DNA of 64,000 nucleotides from assembly GCA_963745835.1 (NCBI GenBank), contig CAVUZH010000019.1, positions 256,001 through 320,000 of the forward strand. Reading direction: 5' to 3'. The DNA is from an uncultured delta proteobacterium. Its GTDB lineage: Bacteria; Desulfobacterota; Binatia; UBA9968. Below, piece by piece: positions 19,588-28,743 of this stretch; positions within the stretch are counted from its first letter, which is position 1, and each line of letters begins with the position of its first letter. The position numbers and the translations under genes are program-made. Under the pieces are notes generated by a model. The model made no database searches. It was not told the origin of the DNA and saw only the letters and a list, made by a program, of their open reading frames with translations.

Positions 19588-19650
19588 TTCGCGACCCCTT
19601 TTGATTATGGAACTTGGCTTCTTGAAAAATAGATTTGCGAAATTTAACTG

Positions 19651-20961
19651 CTATGGCGCTTGATCTTCAGTTCTTCTCTTCTCTTTTCGTGTTCCAAAGT
19701 ATACTAGGGCAAGAAGGGCGATATCGTCCCATTGTGGCGCTCCAGCGGCATACTGCCTCACGTCGTCGACCAAATCGCCGATGATTTGTCGCGGATAAGA
19801 ACGACGATTGCTCGTCAGGAATCGCGCGAGCCGCCGATCCGAGTACGGTATCTCGTTTGGGTCCATTGCCTCGGTCACCCCATCCGTGTAAAGCAGCAAG
19901 GCCTCGCCAGGCCCGAGAACCATCCGCCCCGACGCATAGGGACTTTGCTTTACCAGTCCCAGAGCCCTACCGCCGAAATTTAACAACGGACTCACGCCGC
20001 TGTGTTGGAGGTGATAAGGCAGGTTGTGCCCACCGTTACTAAAATCGACCTGACCGGTGCTGATATTCAAGATAGCGCAAAAAAGAGTGACGAACATGCA
20101 GGACTCGTTATCGCCACAGATCTCGGCATTCAAGCGCGCGAGGATTTCACCGGGAGTGCCACCGCTGCCGGCGGTCGCTCTGAACAGCGTCTTGGTCACG
20201 GCCATAAAGAGAGACGCGGGCACTCCTTTGCCGGAGACATCGCCGATAGCAAAGCATAGATGATCGTCATCGATAAAGAAAAAATCGTAGAAGTCTCCTC
20301 CCACTTCTTTCGCCGGTGCAATCGAGGCGAAAATGTCGAATTCGTGGCGCTCTGGGAAGGGAGGAAAAATCTTGGGCAGCATACTCATTTGAATGTCGTG
20401 CGCGAGCTTTAGCGCCTCCTCCATCCGCTCCTTCTCGACATAGGCTTCGATCAAGCGGGCCCGCTCCAGCGCTACTGTTATATGAGCACTTAACCCGCCC
20501 AGAAGCGACTCATCGCTTTCATTAAACACTTCTTGGTCTTTCTTGTTCAGCACCTGAATGACGCCGATCAGCTTATCCCCGTTGCCGATCAGAGGCATAC
20601 AGAGAATGCAACGCGTGCGGTAGCCGGTCTCCTTGTCGAACTTTGGATAAAACCTGGCGTCGGCGTAGGTGTCAGGACAGTTAATCGGCGTACGGGTTTT
20701 GGCCACGGTTCCGGCAATGCCGACCCCGAGCGGAACCCGAATTTCCTTTATTTCAAGCCTTTGCGTAGTCTTGCTCCAAAGCTCGTTACGAGATTCGTCA
20801 TAGAGGAAGAGTGAGGCGCGATCCGCGTCCAAGACTTCGGCGGCTTCCTGCACAATCACTTGCAACAGGTCATCCAATCTAATTTCAGTGGCCAAAGCCT
20901 TCGAAACCCTCAAAAAAGCGTTGAGGTTTCGCGTCTGACGTTGGCTATCGCTGAATGTCAT
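19651..20961 (-). CDS. GAF + SpoIIE (PP2C, RsbU/RsbP-like) phosphatase
   Basis: GAF motifs DARF..DKETGYRTR..LNKK..F...DE; VGGDFYD, GDVSGKG, YTDGVTEA, DDI. Confidence 0.93.
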   Translation of the reverse strand: MTFSDSQRQTRNLNAFLRVSKALATEIRLDDLLQVIVQEAAEVLDADRASLFLYDESRNELWSKTTQRLEIKEIRVPLGVGIAGTVAKTRTPINCPDTYADARFYPKFDKETGYRTRCILCMPLIGNGDKLIGVIQVLNKKDQEVFNESDESLLGGLSAHITVALERARLIEAYVEKERMEEALKLAHDIQMSMLPKIFPPFPERHEFDIFASIAPAKEVGGDFYDFFFIDDDHLCFAIGDVSGKGVPASLFMAVTKTLFRATAGSGGTPGEILARLNAEICGDNESCMFVTLFCAILNISTGQVDFSNGGHNLPYHLQHSGVSPLLNFGGRALGLVKQSPYASGRMVLGPGEALLLYTDGVTEAMDPNEIPYSDRRLARFLTSNRRSYPRQIIGDLVDDVRQYAAGAPQWDDIALLALVYFGTRKEKRRTEDQAP

Positions 20962-21021
20962 TGTGCTTCAGTTTCCCGAAGTAATACCGCGGCGACTTTT
21001 CTGTCTGCGCCAATTTCCATG
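20959..21021 (-). pseudogene. Stub of a STAS gene N-terminus
   Basis: MEIGADRKVAAVLL..* resembles MDISEDRKADAVIL; the start context CCATGATCTAAG is shared with the STAS at 16250. Confidence 0.55.
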
Positions 21022-21105
21022 ATCTAAGGCTCCTCTGTCTTCTTTTTATCGGAAATCAGCAGCATAGCCTGAAGCGAGGAGGATTAAACTAAACCCGAAT
21101 AATAG

Positions 21106-21147
21106 CCGCACAAACATAGCGATGTAGAACATCGGATAAGTTCGAGC
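21106..21147. repeat. 42-bp direct repeat, copy 1 (copy 2 at 22020-22061)
   Basis: CCGCACAAAC..GCGATGTAGAACATCGGATAAGTT.GAGC occurs twice. Confidence 0.85.
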
Positions 21148-21199
21148 ACTGCATAGCCTTCCAGAGGCGCGATCTCAGCCGCGACCTGCGCAGCGGTGA

Positions 21200-21564
21200 T
21201 TCTACCCGGCTGCCCGTTAGCCACAGTGTATAGTCTATATACGATTCCGCTTCCAAATAACTCTCGCGAATTTCCGAGTCATAGACCGCCTCCTGCTCGT
21301 CGCGGACCACGTAGAAGAGCCATATTCGCCGGAAATCTCGATTGGTAAGCTCAAAATTAGAGTAACCGACCATATTATGGTGAGCTGTGAAACCGCGCGC
21401 CAAGGCCAGAAGTCGGTTGGAATCTCATCCGGAAATCGGGCTACGATCCAAAGAACGGTCGTGATGATCAGGGAGCCGGTGGTGAGAATCCAACCTGGTC
21501 GCAAGGACTCAAAACTGGGCAAATGCCTGCTAAGAGCATTTCTGAGGATCACGCCTTTATGCAC
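21200..21564 (-). pseudogene. Internally deleted remnant of a membrane oxidoreductase (ferric reductase-like)
   Basis: N-terminal TM segments (..WPWRAVSQLTIIWSVTL) abut, in another frame, an NAD-binding-like segment RIWLFYVVRDEQEAVYDSEI. Confidence 0.45.
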
Positions 21565-21630
21565 CCCTCCAGGCGCGGGCCCTTTTTTGACGAGCCGGTC
21601 TATCTGGGATTTAGACTGTATAATTTACGG

Positions 21631-21963
21631 CTAGAGATTCTTGATCGCATCGTCGTCAGAGCCGTAAATGGAAAAAACAGACGAAAACCCGGTTATGTCG
21701 AACACTTCTCTGACTGGACTCTGAAGCGAACAGAACAAGATCTTGCCGTTCGCGCTATTGAGTCGCTTGGCCGCAAGGAGAAACACGCGTAATCCTGAAC
21801 TGCTGATGTAGTCGAGCTGCGCAAGATTGATTACAAAGCGCCGCTCGCCCGATTCTATTTGGCTGAGAAGTTTTTCCTCAAACGTCTTCGCTGTCGTAGC
21901 GTCCAGTTTTCCAGAGAGGCCTAGGGTGACAACGTCCGCAGTTTTGCGTTCGGTAATTTCCAT
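21631..21963 (-). CDS. STAS anti-sigma factor antagonist
   Basis: GKLDATTAKTFEEKL, LDYISSSGLRV; close paralogue of 15894-16250. Confidence 0.93.
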   Translation of the reverse strand: MEITERKTADVVTLGLSGKLDATTAKTFEEKLLSQIESGERRFVINLAQLDYISSSGLRVFLLAAKRLNSANGKILFCSLQSPVREVFDITGFSSVFSIYGSDDDAIKNL

Positions 21964-22019
21964 AACCTAAGTCTCCTATCTCCTCATATCATCAGCACAG
22001 GATTTTCCAGCTCTGGTCA

Positions 22020-22061
22020 CCGCACAAACGTTGCGATGTAGAACATCGGATAAGTTGGAGC
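22020..22061. repeat. 42-bp direct repeat, copy 2
   Basis: See 21106-21147. Confidence 0.85.
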
Positions 22062-22097
22062 GCGTGTACCGAAACCTTCTTCGCTAATCTCCATGAC

Positions 22098-24431
22098 CTA
22101 AGCTTTCTGCGTCTTTTTTTTAATCGTCAGCAGATTTCTCTCTCCTTGTCGCTTGTACTCAAGGGCATCCACGATCTTGCGCACAAGATGGATTCCGAGT
22201 CCACCGATCGTCCTTTCGTCCAACAATTTCGCTGTGTCAGGCTCAGGCACATCAAGGGGATTGAAGGGTTGCCCATCATCTTCCACTTCGGCTTTAACCT
22301 CTCCTGCCTGCAAGCTCAGGCGCACTCTGATCTCGTGTTCCCCGCTGTCGGTGTAACCGTAGGAGATAATGTTGGTGAGAATTTCTTCCAGGGCGAGGTT
22401 GAGATCATGCAGGACCTTATCGGATAGTCCAAGTCGGCGGCCGAATTTCGTCAGCGTCTGATTAAAGCGGTCGAGCTCTGAAAGCTTGTTAAAGAGCTTG
22501 ACCTCCACGCGTTCCGTCATTTTCTCCGTGGCCCCGAAATAGCGCAGCGCCAGAACCGTGATATCATCCGATTGCGGCGCTTGGCCAGCGAAATGCCTTA
22601 CATCGCTGACCAAATCGCCAATGATCTGGCGCGGAGCCGAGCTGCGATTCGTTCCTAAGAACTGCTCGAGCCGCTCATCGGAGTAAAGCGTCTTGGCGAG
22701 ATCCATCGCCTCGGTCACGCCATCGGTATAAAGCAGCAAGTCGTCGCCCGGACGAAGAACCATGCGCCCTGTTGCATAGGGGCTTCCCTCCACAAGCCCC
22801 AGGGATATTCCGCCGAAGTTTTCCAAGGGACTAACGCCGTCGCGGCTCAGATAAAACGGCAGATTGTGCCCGGCGTTACTATAATGGACCTCGCCGGTGT
22901 GGATATTCAAGATCCCACAGAAAAAGGTCACGAACATACAGGACTCGTTATCGCGACAAATTTCGGTATTCAACCGCGCGAGGATTTCACCCGGACTGCC
23001 GCCATTGCCGGCGGTCGCGCGAAAGAGAGTTTTGGTGACGGCCATAAACAGCGACGCCGGTACTCCCTTACCGGAGACGTCGCCGACGGCGAAACATAGA
23101 TGATCGTCATCGATGAAGAAGAAATCGTAGAGATCCCCTCCTACCTCTTTGGCCGGTACCAGAGTGGCGAAAATATCGAACTCGCTGCGCTCGGGAAACG
23201 GAGGAAAAATTTTCGGCACCATGCTCATCTGAATATCGTGGGCGATTTGTAGCTCGCTTTCGATGCGTTCCTTCGCCGCGGTGGTTTCCTTGAGGTGCTC
23301 GATGGATTCGTTCAAGCGCCGCGTCATCTCGTTGAACGAGGTCGCAAGAGCGCCAATTTCGTTTTTTGCCGAGATGGCGATTCTTTGAGTGAAGTCACCG
23401 CCTGCGATCCGTCGGGTCATCTCCGTCAAGTCGGCAATGGGCCGGGAAATCGTCTTGGCGCCAAAGATGGCGATCATCGATCCGAGCAACAATACCAACC
23501 CGCTCACCACCATGGCCAACCGAATCCTGTTCTGAATCGCAGCCTGCACGTGATCCGTCGGCAGAGTGACCAGAATTGTTCCACCTTTTAGCTCTCCCCC
23601 CTCTTCGCCGATCGGAACGACGACCTTGAGCAGAGATGCTTCCGAAGAGCTTTCGGTTCGCCCTTCGCGCACCAAGTTGCGCCAATCCGCGAAGTCGGCC
23701 TCGGTCGGCTCCGGAAGCTTGTTGTCTCGGAGCCTCTCCGCATAGTCCACGGTGACCATGTTCTTGTCGAGGACACGGATCGCAATGACGCTTCCGTCGG
23801 ACACCAGCTGGTTGACCAGACGAGTCAGCCCCATGCTCTGCTGCAAGTGTCGGAGCATGGTGGCGTGATAACCGACCTGGACGATGCGCGGCTTATCCAC
23901 CCCCGCGACCCCCACGTACTTGAAAACCTGCGTGTCGATTTCGCGCTGGCGCGCCTCCTGGACGACAGCTTTGCTCTTGCCGGTGAGCAGAGGCCAGAAG
24001 GCGTGAGCCTGGGGTTGCCGCTCCCGATCCGGACTGAACGTGAAGTCTACTTCCGTATTATTTCTTAAGTAAGCATGACCCTTCTCGTCGGTAATCCAGA
24101 TTTCGTCCAGCACCGTGTCGTCGGCAATTTGTTTTAATCGCCGGTTGATTTCCTTCGCGCCGACTCCTGCCGCCTCACCCAGAGCTACCAAATGCGCAGC
24201 GATCGTGGCCTCGACGATCATCTGCTCACCAATCGCTTTCTCGAGATCGCTGGTCACTTGCGCGCCGAAGGCCGCGCTACGAGCCAAGAGCCTGGCGATG
24301 ACCACACCCTGAGCTTCGCTTTCAGCGAGCAATGCCCGGCGCGAGCCCCAAACCACGACTCCCGCGGTGGCGAAGACCGCGACGACGAGCAACAGGGTGA
24401 CCATTAAAAGCGTTTGAGTCTTGATCGTCAC
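22098..24431 (-). CDS. Membrane sensor (Cache-like)-HAMP-SpoIIE phosphatase-RsbW-type kinase fusion
   Basis: Two TM helices, HAMP (NEIGALATSFNEM), PP2C motifs, intact HATPase_c_2 (EEILTNII, DDGQPFNP, GGLGIHLV); GTG 24431 with RBS AAGGAG. Confidence 0.92.
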   Translation of the reverse strand: MTIKTQTLLMVTLLLVVAVFATAGVVVWGSRRALLAESEAQGVVIARLLARSAAFGAQVTSDLEKAIGEQMIVEATIAAHLVALGEAAGVGAKEINRRLKQIADDTVLDEIWITDEKGHAYLRNNTEVDFTFSPDRERQPQAHAFWPLLTGKSKAVVQEARQREIDTQVFKYVGVAGVDKPRIVQVGYHATMLRHLQQSMGLTRLVNQLVSDGSVIAIRVLDKNMVTVDYAERLRDNKLPEPTEADFADWRNLVREGRTESSSEASLLKVVVPIGEEGGELKGGTILVTLPTDHVQAAIQNRIRLAMVVSGLVLLLGSMIAIFGAKTISRPIADLTEMTRRIAGGDFTQRIAISAKNEIGALATSFNEMTRRLNESIEHLKETTAAKERIESELQIAHDIQMSMVPKIFPPFPERSEFDIFATLVPAKEVGGDLYDFFFIDDDHLCFAVGDVSGKGVPASLFMAVTKTLFRATAGNGGSPGEILARLNTEICRDNESCMFVTFFCGILNIHTGEVHYSNAGHNLPFYLSRDGVSPLENFGGISLGLVEGSPYATGRMVLRPGDDLLLYTDGVTEAMDLAKTLYSDERLEQFLGTNRSSAPRQIIGDLVSDVRHFAGQAPQSDDITVLALRYFGATEKMTERVEVKLFNKLSELDRFNQTLTKFGRRLGLSDKVLHDLNLALEEILTNIISYGYTDSGEHEIRVRLSLQAGEVKAEVEDDGQPFNPLDVPEPDTAKLLDERTIGGLGIHLVRKIVDALEYKRQGERNLLTIKKKTQKA

Positions 24432-24886
24432 AAGATTTCTCCTTCGCCTTTCATTCGTTCCGGGCCCAGTCAAGCCACATCGCGAATCAAAAAAAAATAG
24501 CCCGATTTTTAAGTGCGACGGCACCAGGTTCAAAACGTTCAATCCGGTCTATCGTCGCTGCGCTATTCAGGACAAGCGCTAGCAAATAATCCTCATTGCG
24601 GGCAAGCGCGAAAACTGGCGCGACTCGGAATCGAGAAAATTGAAAGAGATCTGGAGCCGCTTTCGCGGGTAATGACGGCTGTGAGCGCCGGGATATTCCA
24701 CGGGATTTCTCGAACAGACCAGTACCATCTCGTTTACTCATTCCACTAAGCTCGCGCGTGATTGACACCTCGTCGCTTGAGCGTTATAGGTCGGCTCAGA
24801 AAAGGTTCGTCATGCTTTCTCAGATACAGAGTATGTAAAAACTCAGATCCAAGCTGTTCAAAGAGCTCTTGATGCGCGCCGCGCGA

Positions 24887-24957
24887 CAGGGTCCAGGGTC
24901 AGTACGTCAGCGCGAGGCGGTTGTTGCACGGGGCCTTTTTTGCGGCCTGAATCCCTG
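24887..24957 (+). promoter_or_regulatory. Candidate structured 5' leader RNA
   Basis: CAGGG..CAGG pairs with CCTG..CCCTG and encloses a CAGC/GTTG hairpin; ends 7 nt before the RBS GGAGG. Confidence 0.3.
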
Positions 24958-24976
24958 CTTAATAGGAGGCAATGTC

Positions 24977-25840
24977 ATGGATAACGTGGAAAGAACCAAA
25001 CCGAAAGACAAGTTCGTTAACGTCGATGGGCTGCAGCTCCGTTATATCGAAGAAGGTTCAGGCCCATCGGTGCTGTTTCTACACGGCGCTTCGCTGGGAA
25101 GCTCGGCGGACGTGTTTCTGCGCAATCTCGGTCCTCTTGCGAAAGCCGGATTTCGTGCGGTCGCCTTTGACCTTCCTGGGTTTGGCCTCTCCGACGTACC
25201 CGCCAAGCAAAGCACGGCGCAGCAACGCAATTCCATTCCTAAATTCATCGATGCCGCGGGATTGGGCAAGACCGCATTGATTGCGCATTCACGCTCCGGC
25301 GGCTTCGCGGTTCAGCTAGCCTTGGAAGATCCCAGCCGCTACTCGCATGTGATCATTCTTGGCACCGGCTCGCTGCTGCCGCCGCAGACCCAGGAGCAGG
25401 TCGGCAAGTACGAAGCGGTCCAGGCGCGCGTCGACAAGGAAATGGCGCAAAAGGAACCGACCCTGGAGGATGCCCGCAAACTCTTGCAGGCCGACACCTT
25501 CAATCATTCGTTGATCTCGGATGAAGACGTGGCGATCCGCCACAGCCGCATGACCGGCCGCAATTTCAAAGCGCATCAGGAACGGCAGAACCAGGATGCC
25601 CCCGCCGGCGGCGGCGCGTCGCAGGCCAAGCCCATATGGCAAAGGCTGACCGAGCTGAAGATGCCGCTTTTGATGTTCTTTGGCCGCGAAGACCGCGCGC
25701 ACGCCGGTGAACGCGCCGAATTGCTTGAAAAAATGCAGCCAGAGATCAATCTCCACATCATCAATGGCTGCAAGCACATGGTGCATTGGGATGCCTTCGA
25801 CGACCTGATGCGCCTGGGCGTGCCTTTTCTGAAGAGCTAG
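24977..25840 (+). CDS. Alpha/beta fold hydrolase
   Basis: FLHGA, DLPGFGLS, AHSRSG elbow, KHMVHWD. Confidence 0.9.
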   Translation: MDNVERTKPKDKFVNVDGLQLRYIEEGSGPSVLFLHGASLGSSADVFLRNLGPLAKAGFRAVAFDLPGFGLSDVPAKQSTAQQRNSIPKFIDAAGLGKTALIAHSRSGGFAVQLALEDPSRYSHVIILGTGSLLPPQTQEQVGKYEAVQARVDKEMAQKEPTLEDARKLLQADTFNHSLISDEDVAIRHSRMTGRNFKAHQERQNQDAPAGGGASQAKPIWQRLTELKMPLLMFFGREDRAHAGERAELLEKMQPEINLHIINGCKHMVHWDAFDDLMRLGVPFLKS

Positions 25841-25964
25841 CAGGCTACTGAAAAAGCCTCATATGCTTCGTTGCGCTTGCCCGACTCGCTTCAACGTACT
25901 GAAGCATACGCCTCAGCTCATCGAACTTCGCGCGCCTTGCCTCTGAGGTTTTTGAGCAGCCTGC
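25837..25964. repeat. Palindromic MITE/REPIN-like element, copy 2
   Basis: CTAGCAGGCTACTGAAAAA...TTTTTGAGCAGCCTGC; internal ATATGCTTCGTTGC and CAACGTACTG shared with copy 1; the CTAG contains the hydrolase stop codon. Confidence 0.85.
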
Positions 25965-26453
25965 ATATGAATAAGGCCGTCCATAAGTAATCCGGCAGTA
26001 GATTAACAATTAGAGCCGCGTTGGCAATGGCATCGAAGCAACGCGAACAGCTGAATGAATTAGCGAACCTCGAAAGACTTAAGCTCGTGCGGAATAGGTG
26101 TTTAGGTCTAGGAGTCGTCGCCTGCTTGATCGCTATTGAGACTATCGCCGGTTGGGGAATCGGCAATCCCAACAACTGGGCAAGCTCATACGAAGCATTT
26201 GCTGCGGCCGGTGAGCTTCGGTAGGTCTTTGTCCCGCTCATCGGAATTGCCATTGCCCTTTCGCAGTCGGCATTTTCCTGTGCATCGTCGTCGCCCCACG
26301 AGAAGATTGATCCATCACTCTCAGATCCGAAAGATTGTGAGCGAGATCCCTGCACGGCGGGGTCTAACTTTATGGTCGACAATGACGCTCCGCGAGCGTC
26401 GCTCGCACGCGCATCTATCGCGGACGTCATGCGTCACACGATGAGGCGACCTC

Positions 26454-26885
26454 ATGATTTTACCGGTTTGGATGCTGGTCGGATTCGCCGCTTGGACCGT
26501 GTTGTTGTTGCTCGCGACAGTGGGGGTATACCGATGGAGTCGGATTCTGACGGGACGTGTGGCGATACGCGAGTTCCGCGCCGATCAGATTGAGGGAGCC
26601 GATTGGTACAAACGGGCCACGCGGGCACACGCAAACTGCATTGAGAATCTGCCGGTTTTTGGCGCAATCGTTTTCGGGCTGTACGTGGGCAATGTGGGCA
26701 GCGCCTTGGTGAATGCGCTGGCAGTCGCGGTTCTGGTCGCCCGCATCATGCAATCGCTGGTGCATGTATGCTTCATCCAGACCGACATCGTGACATCCGT
26801 GCGCTTCGGCTTCTTCTTCGTGCAGATCGTCAGCTTTCTCTGGTTAACTGTAATCCTACTGACTGAGCTGAGCGGAATCGTATAA
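26454..26885 (+). CDS. MAPEG family membrane protein
   Basis: RATRAHANCIENLPVF; four TM helices. Confidence 0.88.
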   Translation: MILPVWMLVGFAAWTVLLLLATVGVYRWSRILTGRVAIREFRADQIEGADWYKRATRAHANCIENLPVFGAIVFGLYVGNVGSALVNALAVAVLVARIMQSLVHVCFIQTDIVTSVRFGFFFVQIVSFLWLTVILLTELSGIV

Positions 26886-27053
26886 CAAGCTCGAACGATT
26901 GAGAGCTCCATCTTTGGAGAGAGCAAAGTCTGTATAACGTAGTCGTATTGACTTCGCCGCAATTCTGGACCCGTCGCATTTTTTTATTTCTCGCTTTCCT
27001 TCTTCAAGAACTCGACACGGGTCTTCGTTGACACTTTGCGAACCAGCTAACCG

Positions 27054-27680
27054 TCATTTCTTTTGAGCTCCCCAAAGCTCTTGGAGGCGGCTGTCGCGGC
27101 CGCAGCCATACCGATAGATTTTGTAGCGAATCGGGTTCTTCTTATAATAATCCTGGTGATAATCTTCGGCCGGATAAAATTCGGAGGCGCGAACGATTTC
27201 AGTCACGATCGATTGTTTGAAACGATCTTGGAGTCGCTTTTTCGAGGCTTCCGCAAGAGTCTTCTGGTTTTGATCGTGATAAAAAACGGCGGAGCGATAT
27301 TGGCTGCCGGAGTCACAGAACTGCGCATTGGCGGTTAACGGATCGATGTTGCGCCAGAACACATCGAGCAGTTTCTCATAGCTGATTTTCTTTGGATCAT
27401 AAGTGATCTCTACCGCTTCCGTGTGGCCGGTGGTACCGGCGCTGACCTGCTCGTAGGTCGGATTCTTCTTAGTGCCGCCCGTATAACCGGAGATTGTCGA
27501 AGTCACGCCTTCGAGCTCATCGTAGGGCGGTTCCATACACCAGAAACAGCCGCCGGCAAACGTTGCTTTGGCCAGCGGCATGCTATCGCGGTTTGACTCA
27601 GCGCCATGCGCAAGGCCTGTCAAAATTAGAAGCATCGCCGCAACTCTTGCCAGCGGCTGTAGAAGAGTTTTGCTTCGCAT
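27054..27680 (-). CDS. msrA: Peptide-methionine (S)-S-oxide reductase, exported
   Basis: FAGGCFWCME, GHTEAV, FYPAEDYHQDYY; signal peptide. Confidence 0.96.
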   Translation of the reverse strand: MRSKTLLQPLARVAAMLLILTGLAHGAESNRDSMPLAKATFAGGCFWCMEPPYDELEGVTSTISGYTGGTKKNPTYEQVSAGTTGHTEAVEITYDPKKISYEKLLDVFWRNIDPLTANAQFCDSGSQYRSAVFYHDQNQKTLAEASKKRLQDRFKQSIVTEIVRASEFYPAEDYHQDYYKKNPIRYKIYRYGCGRDSRLQELWGAQKK

Positions 27681-28075
27681 GTATTCCTCCGAATACGCTA
27701 ATTCCCGTCTCCGGCTGATCTTATTCGCTGGTAGCCCGCTCTGCAATCAGAGAGCGCAGTAGAACTCGGTCCGATGTTCCTTTTTAAGTTTTTCAGGAAG
27801 TGCGAATTCGGATGACACCACATTTCATTCCGTTTAATTCGGAATTATTCGTTTATGCGTATCGACAGGCCGAACGGCCTGCCACTGAATGCATGCTAGA
27901 TTGGTCGCCGTGGGGAGCCGCATAGGACCTGAAAACGACCGCGATGTGAGGAAGTCGGAACTGATCAGCGCTCACATTCGACTCTCGCTAGACCACTAAC
28001 GATTGACACATTCTTATCTCGACAGTAGAACCGTTTTAAGAAGCTCATTAGCAAGTGAACCGCTACGGAGGGTTT

Positions 28076-28486
28076 ATGAAAATTGACGGTAGTTGCCATT
28101 GTGGTTTTATCACCTACGAGGCTGAAATCGATGCGGAAAAGGTCGGCGTATGTCATTGCACGGATTGCCAAAGCCTCACGGGTTCAGCTTTTACGACGTC
28201 AGTTTCGGCTGACAAGGAGGCTTTCAGGTTGCTCAGCGGCCAACCAAAAATTTATGTCAAGACCGCGGAAAGCGGCGCTAAGCGAGCTCAGGCTTTCTGT
28301 CCTGAATGCGGATCACGGATTTACGCAGCCGCCGAAATCGATCCACAGACATTCAACCTCCGAGTCGGAACGATTCGCCAGCGACGGGAATTGCGGCCGA
28401 AAACACAATCCTGGTGCCGCTCGTCGCTGGATTGGGTTATGGATTTGGGTTCGGTGCCCCAGAACGCACAGGGCAGACCCAGGTGA
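28076..28486 (+). CDS. GFA family (CENP-V-like) zinc protein
   Basis: GSCHCG, CHCTDCQ, FCPECGS. Confidence 0.92.
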   Translation: MKIDGSCHCGFITYEAEIDAEKVGVCHCTDCQSLTGSAFTTSVSADKEAFRLLSGQPKIYVKTAESGAKRAQAFCPECGSRIYAAAEIDPQTFNLRVGTIRQRRELRPKTQSWCRSSLDWVMDLGSVPQNAQGRPR

Positions 28487-28743
28487 CAGTAGCTGTTGAT
28501 CCTCCTCATCATTCACATTCAAAGCCAACAGCGGAAAACGGATTGGCGTGGCAAAGAATGGTGGCTTCTGGGAACATTTGTCAGAATTGAATGATGGATT
28601 AGCTAGAGGTTGATCGGTGCGACCCAACATGCTTGTAGCAAGTGATCCTATTCTAGAAGAACAAATCACGGGAGTGCTAGAGATTTTCGCACTGAGGTCG
28701 CCAGGTTGCATGGACGTCGGCCGTTATACGTAAGCAGGTAAAT

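Noticed and set aside
21200-21564. Missing msrQ partner of msrP
   Set aside because: It is a deleted remnant with an NAD-binding-like part, 40 kb away, and not MsrQ-like.
25918-26444. ORFs between the repeat and the MAPEG gene
   Set aside because: Short, interrupted and without recognisable motifs; at most a decayed membrane-protein remnant.
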